Below, piece after piece: positions 47,650 through 53,828 of a DNA stretch of 53,828 nucleotides. Below the pieces are notes generated by a model. That model saw only the letters and a list, made by a program, of their open reading frames with translations. It did not search any database and had not been told where the DNA came from. Source of the stretch: a virus (Duplodnaviria; Caudoviricetes); IMG/VR virus record IMGVR_UViG_3300021062_000019, positions 1-53,828 of that record; one strand, 5' to 3'. Position 1 is the stretch's first letter, and every line of letters starts with the position of its first letter. A program made the position numbers and the translations under genes.

Positions 47650-47920
47650 TGTTTAAGCTCAGTTTATCCAGTTCTTGTTTAGCGTGCCTTAGAGCAGATT
47701 CAAGCTCTAGCACGCTTCTTTCTAAGTTAAACCTATGCTGGTCAAGTGGAGTTTTAGTTCCACAAGTTACCACACATCCATCTTGATCATTTGTTTGCAA
47801 GATGACTTGGGCTAGTTCCATGTTTGCTCTTACTCGCTCAACAGTTTGTCTTGCTTTGTCATAGCGAGAAATAAGATTGTCCTGGTTTTTTTGTTCTCCT
47901 GTTTGTTGCTGGCTATCCAT
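47642..47920 (-). CDS. Hypothetical coiled-coil protein
   Basis: SD AAGGA; helical hairpin. Confidence 0.6.
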   Translation of the reverse strand: MDSQQQTGEQKNQDNLISRYDKARQTVERVRANMELAQVILQTNDQDGCVVTCGTKTPLDQHRFNLERSVLELESALRHAKQELDKLSLNTN

Positions 47921-48258
47921 TTGTTTCCTTTCTACGTTTGCTCATTAAACGATATTTGGTTGTCAAAAAGCTAATTAGTTAAATTTGTATTATGTATTAA
48001 TTTCAGCAATGATTTTGAATTGTAGTATAATACATTTTTAAGTCAAGAAAATTTATTATGATTTTTCCGATAGGAGGTAACTGGAATTTATGTATAATGA
48101 TTAATTATCTTTATATTCTGTAACTTACGGTCTATGGAATTTTATTTAGCAAATATCTTATTGCCTATTAAAATGTAGTATGATAAATTTTTCTAAGATA
48201 GTGAAACAAGTAGATATTTTTAATTTGCTAATTTCCCTGAATTTTTAATCTGATTTAT

Positions 48259-48648
48259 TTGCTGGAGAAAAACTTTTGTATTATGATACAAATCCAAGAT
48301 GAGCAACTCGAAAACTTAAGAAAAGCTTTACGAGAAGAATTGGAGAAAGTGCAATCAATGCCATTACCCCCACCAACTCATACATATTGCTGTCATTCGG
48401 ATATTATCATTAGGGTAAATAACTCAAAAGTTTGTAGTGTCTGTCATAAGGAAGATCATTTAAATCCTGATCGTGTAGAGCCGTATAAACCTAGGCAAGA
48501 TGCCGTTAGGCTATATTGCTGTCTTTGCGATAAGGAGTATCACGTTTCCGAAAGAATCTTTGAAATAAAGAAAGAAAGAAACGATAAGATGTTCGAACCT
48601 TATCAAGATACAGAAGGCAACTGGGCTTTTAGGAAAATAGCAAAATAA
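48259..48648 (+). CDS. Cys/His-rich putative zinc-binding protein
   Basis: HTYCCH, CSVCH and YCCLC motifs; the true start is probably the ATG after GGAG. Confidence 0.65.
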   Translation: MLEKNFCIMIQIQDEQLENLRKALREELEKVQSMPLPPPTHTYCCHSDIIIRVNNSKVCSVCHKEDHLNPDRVEPYKPRQDAVRLYCCLCDKEYHVSERIFEIKKERNDKMFEPYQDTEGNWAFRKIAK

Positions 48649-48692
48649 AACAAAAACTTGTGACACTGTTTTTACTTTAAGGAACAGCGCAC

Positions 48693-50651
48693 ATGGTAAA
48701 CGACTTTTCCGCACAATTTCCTAGTAGCGAATACAGTATCAAACTGTTTGATTTCTTCACTCAGTATGAAGCACTTATGTTTGAGGCTATACCTCAAACA
48801 TTACGCTATTTTGCTCCATCTGAATCCATCGACAGATCGCAATACAGGGCTATAATGCATGATATGTTTGTCTGTTTTGCTGAGGATTTTGAAGAAATCC
48901 TTTCTTGGCAAGACGAAAACTTAAGGAAAACGTATGTCATCGCAAAGGCCATTAGTATTACCTTAGATTGGTTTGTTCTTGGCAAAACAGAATTTGTTTT
49001 ACCGCTATGTTCCCAGTGGAACCCACTTGCAGGCTCTAAATTTATCCATCAATTCACAAACAATAAAGATGAGAAAATTACTTTTTTATTACATAAGCAT
49101 AGAGATATATGTAAAACCTGCACGACTTATTATGAACTATGCTTATTAATTATGAAGGAAAGCTCAAAGGGTGATAAAGCTGAACTGCTTACCAGTTTAT
49201 ATTGGCTAGAGAAAAAGCAAACACTTGCAGAGCTTTACACCAAACCAATAGCAAACAAAAAAACAGAACCTGTAGTCGTTGAGGCTAGTAACGAAAAAGT
49301 CAACAAAGAAAAACATCCAAAGCTTATTGTTTTAGCTTTATGTGCTGGAGTAATTCTTGGTATTTTAACAAGCTCGATCTATCTGCTAACTACTAAACAA
49401 ATATCAAATAGCACAAATCTACCTATACCACTTTCAAACACTAAGCTTAAAGAGCAAAACCTTTACGATCAATTAGATAGATTGATTGATCAGTATTTAG
49501 AATCTACAAATGTTACTTATTTACAAGGAGCAGAAGATTTAGCTCAAGAAATAAGAAGTAAGCATAATGATAAATATGGCGTTGATTTGGTAAGTTATTA
49601 TCGTATTAGTCCTAGATCTGTGCATCAGGAGCTATTAGGCTACCGTAGAGAACTAGCTAAAGCCTTGATTACTCCTTCCGGTGATAACCACCAGCAGCGT
49701 TTGCTTGAAGCTCAGAAATTAGAGCAAAAATTTTTATCATTCGGAAATACTGTAGAAGCACAGAAAAGTAAAGTTATCATCGTAAAACTACACAACTTTA
49801 TGAATAACTATGATACCTCATTACTTATCATTTCTGATTCTCTAAAGTATTGTAAAGAAAAAGATTATATATTTCTGAATGTCCATTTTCTATTATTACA
49901 GGCAAAAGCTCATACCTCTATACGCCAAGAAAAGGAAGCAGAGCAAGCTTTAGAACAAGTTGTTCTTACTAGCAGATCCATGGGGCTTCAAGACATAGAA
50001 GCTAGCGCATCAAAATCTCTCGCTGGAATGTACATCCTAGATAACCAAAATGAAAAAGCTTTCAGCTTGTGTCAATCTAGTTTAATGCTAGATATTAAGA
50101 ATCATGGAGTAACCGTTAGTTTATTGCACAATGCTGGGTTCTCAGCTTTTGGCTTGAAACAATATGATCTCGCCGAGAATTATTTAAATCGAGCCATTGT
50201 GTTATCTAAAGAAAATAATAATCAACTTCTCTTAGGCTTATCCTACGTGTTTTTAGCTTCAACCTACTCAGAGAGGCATTTATTTTCACAGGCAGAAGAA
50301 CTGTTCAATAAGGCTTTAACTGCTGCTAATTCAATAAATGATAAGCAGTCCCAAAAAGATTTATTAGGAAAGATTGCTGCTTATCAGGCTAAAAGTAAGT
50401 TAATACAAAGTCATTACACCGTAGCAATAGATCTCTATAAAAGTGCAATCCTGATGTTCCAAGAGATAGGATTGCGTAATGATTTATTTTACTCCCAACT
50501 CAATGAAGGAATAGGAGTTGCAATGGAACGAACTGGACACAAAGATGCTGCTAGCTATCTAGCCGTGTCTAAACATTATTTAGAACGAGCAAGGGCAAAA
50601 AACGAAAGGGGTACATGTTTACTTTCCTTTGTCCCAGTCTCGTGCGACTAG
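48693..50651 (+). CDS. Putative ECF sigma2-like / zinc anti-sigma (ZAS) / TM / TPR fusion protein
   Basis: aa 18-95 sigma2-like; C106 and H136-x3-C140-x2-C143; TM aa 211-232; TPR-like repeats such as LLHNAGFSAFGLKQYDLAENYLNRAI. Confidence 0.75.
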   Translation: MVNDFSAQFPSSEYSIKLFDFFTQYEALMFEAIPQTLRYFAPSESIDRSQYRAIMHDMFVCFAEDFEEILSWQDENLRKTYVIAKAISITLDWFVLGKTEFVLPLCSQWNPLAGSKFIHQFTNNKDEKITFLLHKHRDICKTCTTYYELCLLIMKESSKGDKAELLTSLYWLEKKQTLAELYTKPIANKKTEPVVVEASNEKVNKEKHPKLIVLALCAGVILGILTSSIYLLTTKQISNSTNLPIPLSNTKLKEQNLYDQLDRLIDQYLESTNVTYLQGAEDLAQEIRSKHNDKYGVDLVSYYRISPRSVHQELLGYRRELAKALITPSGDNHQQRLLEAQKLEQKFLSFGNTVEAQKSKVIIVKLHNFMNNYDTSLLIISDSLKYCKEKDYIFLNVHFLLLQAKAHTSIRQEKEAEQALEQVVLTSRSMGLQDIEASASKSLAGMYILDNQNEKAFSLCQSSLMLDIKNHGVTVSLLHNAGFSAFGLKQYDLAENYLNRAIVLSKENNNQLLLGLSYVFLASTYSERHLFSQAEELFNKALTAANSINDKQSQKDLLGKIAAYQAKSKLIQSHYTVAIDLYKSAILMFQEIGLRNDLFYSQLNEGIGVAMERTGHKDAASYLAVSKHYLERARAKNERGTCLLSFVPVSCD

Positions 50652-51448
50652 TTAATTTTTGATTTTGAAAACACACTAGGATCGCAAACTGTTGGAGGTG
50701 GCAAGTAGCCAGCCTTCTTAACTTGAATAGGTACAAAGCGAGTAACAGGTTCTTTGATAACATCATAGTAAAAAGCGAAATGATCGATATTAGCCATTTC
50801 CTTTGGTGGAAGGTTGGTAATATCCACTTTATAAGAAACACCACTTTGATAAGCCAGATTAAGTTCTTTATCTAGCCCAGCAATGGTTAAGCTATTTCCT
50901 TGTTGAAGTTCAATACGTGCAGCAGGTTGACCAATTTCGCGCTTAAATGGGTGTTGAGTAGAACCAGCGAAGAATTGATACTTATCACTAGTTACGCTGT
51001 TGGTAAAAAAATCACCATTAGCAAAATGGATTTTAACGGCTAACTTATCTTCCTTTAAGTAAAGTTGCTTTTGGAAAAGATCTTGCTCCATATCTAGGCA
51101 CCAACGAAAGTCTTTTTTATCAACATTCATATTAGGAGAAATATAGCGAGTAGGTTTTACAGCATTGTTAGGCACACTAATATTAAGTACTTTATTTTGA
51201 AGTTGTTTACCTGAGATTGTTTCTAGCACTTTTTCTTTACCATTAGTAATTTCCTTTATCTCAATCTTTGGCTCATGATGATGGACATCTAATATACCAG
51301 TAGAGACTCTAGTAGGATTACCGAAGGCAAGTACTTGAAGGCCATCAAAGGTAAATGTCACATTGGATTTAGCTGGTGAGCTATTAGTAACAGTAAAGGA
51401 TAGCCCTACAAGCATAAGCAGACAGAAAAATAGAAACGCTTTTTTCAT
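50648..51448 (-). CDS. Secreted beta-rich protein
   Basis: Signal peptide MKKAFLFFCLLMLVGLS...; VTFTFDGLQVLAF, DHFAFYY and C-terminal PPPTVCDPSVF; SD AGGAG. Confidence 0.8.
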   Translation of the reverse strand: MKKAFLFFCLLMLVGLSFTVTNSSPAKSNVTFTFDGLQVLAFGNPTRVSTGILDVHHHEPKIEIKEITNGKEKVLETISGKQLQNKVLNISVPNNAVKPTRYISPNMNVDKKDFRWCLDMEQDLFQKQLYLKEDKLAVKIHFANGDFFTNSVTSDKYQFFAGSTQHPFKREIGQPAARIELQQGNSLTIAGLDKELNLAYQSGVSYKVDITNLPPKEMANIDHFAFYYDVIKEPVTRFVPIQVKKAGYLPPPTVCDPSVFSKSKIN

Positions 51449-51597
51449 GATGTTTCTCCTACATTGGGATTTATTAGTTAATAAAAGACTGTTAGGAATG
51501 CTAGCAGATTTTGAAAGATAGCAACAGTAGTAGATTTAATTAGCAGAGAATAAAAGAGTTGTATTGCAGATGTTTTAAAACGAATTAAGGGGTATCT

Positions 51598-51846
51598 ATG
51601 GGCGCAACTGCAAAAGAAATCTCGCACGGTCAAGATTTCAAAGCATACAGTATTGGAATGGTAGCAGCTTCTGTGTGTTCTTCTCTAAGCATTGAGGAGA
51701 CTACCAGCAGGCTTAATACCGAACATCCCACAGGGATAAACTCACAATGGCGATTATCAAAAGATAATTTTCTAGGTGGTGAAAGCAATCCTTGTATTTG
51801 CCCGGATTACCCAACAACACACAAGCATTATTTGTTTGAGTGCTAA
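51598..51846 (+). CDS. Hypothetical Cys-containing phage protein
   Basis: SD AAGGGG; HPTGI and NPCICPDYP motifs. Confidence 0.65.
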   Translation: MGATAKEISHGQDFKAYSIGMVAASVCSSLSIEETTSRLNTEHPTGINSQWRLSKDNFLGGESNPCICPDYPTTHKHYLFEC

Positions 51847-51874
51847 CGGATTGATTTAAGGCAAGGGGCGTAAC

Positions 51875-52216
51875 GTGAGTAGCACAATGGACATAACACC
51901 AGAAACAGCCAAATTACTTGTTGATGCTCTATTATTCTCTCTGGGCTATATCCTGATGGATTACATTAGATACAAAGTTGCTGAATATAAACAGAAGAGA
52001 AAAGAAAGGCTAGAGGCGGACTACTGCGGATGGAAGAAGTTTAGCCCACCTTATTTTCCAGATTCAGCTATGTGGGTAGACTGGAATAAAGTTGCCGAAG
52101 AAAGCAAAAAGACAAGAATTATGGTTCCTTTTACGCCAATAACCCTTGAAAGGGAAAAGGCGCATTGCTCTAGTGATTGTGAATGTAGGAAAGAAAAAGA
52201 AATTAAAGCGCTTTAG
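51875..52216 (+). CDS. Hypothetical protein with one hydrophobic segment
   Basis: LLVDALLFSLGYILM; 3' end overlaps the tRNA. Confidence 0.55.
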   Translation: MSSTMDITPETAKLLVDALLFSLGYILMDYIRYKVAEYKQKRKERLEADYCGWKKFSPPYFPDSAMWVDWNKVAEESKKTRIMVPFTPITLEREKAHCSSDCECRKEKEIKAL

Positions 52217-52280
52217 AGGAGTAGCTCCTTGTCAGGCTCATAACCTGAAGACCCCGGTGCAATTCCGGGAAGCGCAATCA
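52207..52280 (+). tRNA. tRNA with CAT anticodon, initiator (fMet)-like
   Basis: Acceptor A-GCGCTT/AAGCGC-A with a 1:72 mismatch; A11-U24; anticodon arm TCAGG-CTCATAA-CCTGA; T arm CCCGG-TGCAATT-CCGGG. Confidence 0.85.
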
Positions 52281-52310
52281 GCCGAAAGGCAGGTTGTTTG
52301 ATAAAAGAAT

Positions 52311-52343
52311 AAAAAACCCTTTGGCAGAACTACACCAAAGGGC
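52311..52343 (-). terminator. Terminator for the DUF1883-like gene
   Basis: CCCTTTGG...CCAAAGGG stem with an A run on its left (U tract on the minus strand). Confidence 0.7.
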
Positions 52344-52369
52344 AAGAGATAAATTAAATCTAATCAATG

Positions 52370-52639
52370 TTAGTTTTGGGTAACAACCTGAACAGAGTAC
52401 TTGAACTGTTTAGGTTGGTAACCGCGTTGATCTAGTACAAGTATCCAGTTGCCAGGATATTGAGGCTTTATTTCTACTGGAGAACTTCTAGAAAAGTAGT
52501 TATAAGCTGTAAAGCTTTCACCTTTTTTGTATCTCCCGTAGTTATAAGAATCCATTAGCCTAACGTTAATTTGGGTATCAGTATGAACTCTGACAAATTG
52601 ATTAGAACTTAAATAGTTTTCACTATATATGTGTGACAT
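52370..52639 (-). CDS. DUF1883-like protein
   Basis: QINVRLMDSYNYGRYKKGESF...SPVEI.P...GNWILVLD..G matches the family pattern as I recall it. Confidence 0.7.
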   Translation of the reverse strand: MSHIYSENYLSSNQFVRVHTDTQINVRLMDSYNYGRYKKGESFTAYNYFSRSSPVEIKPQYPGNWILVLDQRGYQPKQFKYSVQVVTQN

Positions 52640-52683
52640 ATATAACTTTCTCTAGGAAACTGTGAGGGTTGATTGTTGGCAAG

Positions 52684-52860
52684 AAGAGTGTTATTTTTGT
52701 TATCCTTTCTCAAGGATACAAAATAACAACTAAGCAATAACTAGTAACTGGATTGGTCGGCAAAAACTTTACCAGTCACTAATCGTTGCTGTTCTTCGAG
52801 TTAATGGCGTAACGGGTTCAGTTTCCTAGGCTGGGTTCCCGTTACGCCTTCGCTCTTTTT
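52684..52860. ncRNA. Candidate structured RNA (closed four-way cloverleaf), strand uncertain
   Basis: Closing stem AAGAGTG/CGCTCTT encloses three hairpins, including the perfect 11-bp GGCGTAACGGG/CCCGTTACGCC. Confidence 0.5.
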
Positions 52861-53246
52861 GCATATAAGAATTTTGAACTAAAACAAAATTCCCTTCATG
52901 AATAAGATCATAAACCTTTAAAGTCAAATAAATTTCCATACTTAGAGCAACATCGCTTTCATTTACAATGGTTTATGGAAAGAAATGAAAAAAAGGGAAT
53001 GCAGATCATTTTCTTAAAAAAGACAATAAGATATCTAACGGGCGAAAATCGTCCGTAGAATTTAGTAAGATGCCATACGCGCTTGGCTACCTAGTAGCTA
53101 GGTAGTAAGTAAGAGGTTAGGGCTAGCAAAGTTTTCCAGGCTAATCTAGCCCTATAACCAGCCACAAAACGATACAAAAACTAAACAAGTTACCTATATG
53201 GTAGCAAGCTTTAAGTGTCTATATCGACAGCAATATAACATAACTT

Positions 53247-53771
53247 ATGAGTAAAGCGGATCCAAGAAAAGCAGAAAGATATACACCGCCAGAATATGTA
53301 GGCTTAATAAAGGATGTTTTCCCTAAAAACAAAATATGGTTGGACCCTGCTAGCTGTGCTGCTGCTAATCAAGTCGTGCAGGCTGAAAGATACTTCACCA
53401 AAGAGGATGATGGACTAAGCCAAGAATGGAACGCTTATACACTGTTCTTGAATCCTCCTTACAACAATATGCTGGATTGGGTGGAGAAGCTGCTAGAGGA
53501 GATCCATTTGGAGAATACCAAGGAAGCGATCTTGCTGGCCAATGTGGATCCAAGCACGAGATGGTTTAGAAAAATATCTAGAGTCACTTTCATTGATCCA
53601 CTTTTTTGCTTTCCTGAAAAGAGGATTAGGTTTTATAGCCCTCTTGTTGATACCCCAACTAACAAGGAAAGTGGCTCTGAGCGTCCTTCTATGTTCGTCT
53701 ACTTTGGGGAAAATGAAAAACAGTTTAGGAATGTATTTGAAAAAGTTGGGGCATTGATGAGGTTGACTTAA
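53247..53771 (+). CDS. Phage DNA N6-adenine methyltransferase (Dam-like phage family)
   Basis: YTPPE, LDPAS, DGLSQEW, catalytic FLNPPY, TRWF, RIRF. Confidence 0.9.
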   Translation: MSKADPRKAERYTPPEYVGLIKDVFPKNKIWLDPASCAAANQVVQAERYFTKEDDGLSQEWNAYTLFLNPPYNNMLDWVEKLLEEIHLENTKEAILLANVDPSTRWFRKISRVTFIDPLFCFPEKRIRFYSPLVDTPTNKESGSERPSMFVYFGENEKQFRNVFEKVGALMRLT

Positions 53772-53828
53772 CTATGTTAGCTACTGCTACTTACAAGGAA
53801 GAACGGATTAATTTTTATAGCCCGAAGG

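Larger units (their letters stand above)
1..53828. mobile_element. Temperate tailed bacteriophage, near-complete, non-integrated form
   Basis: Ordered replication, packaging, head, tail, lysis, integration and early modules. Intact attP between int and xis. No host housekeeping genes. Confidence 0.95.

Noticed and set aside
48693-50651. Arbitrium/RRNPP receptor or CHAT protease
   Set aside because: The TPR follows a TM helix rather than being cytoplasmic, there is no short AimP-like propeptide gene, and no CHAT catalytic domain is present.
53247-53771. Restriction-modification system
   Set aside because: No cognate endonuclease is adjacent within the window; orphan methylases are common in temperate phages.
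53770-53828. Terminal repeat or circular overlap with the window start
   Set aside because: No sequence is shared with positions 1-60, and the initiator N-terminus is missing, so a gap remains.

Overview
The window is a near-complete temperate tailed phage genome, AT-rich and read in the standard genetic code. The plus strand (1-31.9 kb) carries the replication initiator 3' end with iterons, DnaB, a solo LuxR HTH, terminases, portal, a protease-scaffold-capsid fusion, head/neck/tail genes, a tape measure, two paralogous tail-tip proteins and a GH19 lysis cassette. A tyrosine integrase and excisionase flank an intact attP containing the 3' half of a tRNA-Arg(CCG), so this is the excised or virion form. 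A minus-strand early region (33.6-46.3 kb) encodes DUF2303-like, DUF5131, RecT and ParB-like proteins, several XRE HTH proteins and an RNAP alpha-CTD homologue. An accessory region (46.5-53.8 kb) ends with an N6-adenine methyltransferase. The best candidate for an undescribed system is the 48.3-51.4 kb cassette: one protein appears to fuse an ECF-sigma region 2-like domain, a zinc anti-sigma motif (HxxxCxxC), one TM helix and an extracytoplasmic TPR array, and it converges tail-to-tail on a secreted protein. Other notable items are a fibre and its neighbour that both carry Sec signal peptides, an intact stand-alone receiver domain inside the lysis cassette, a tRNA-like RNA with a truncated anticodon arm, and a ~175-nt cloverleaf RNA candidate. 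All family assignments come from reading motifs by eye; no searches were run.
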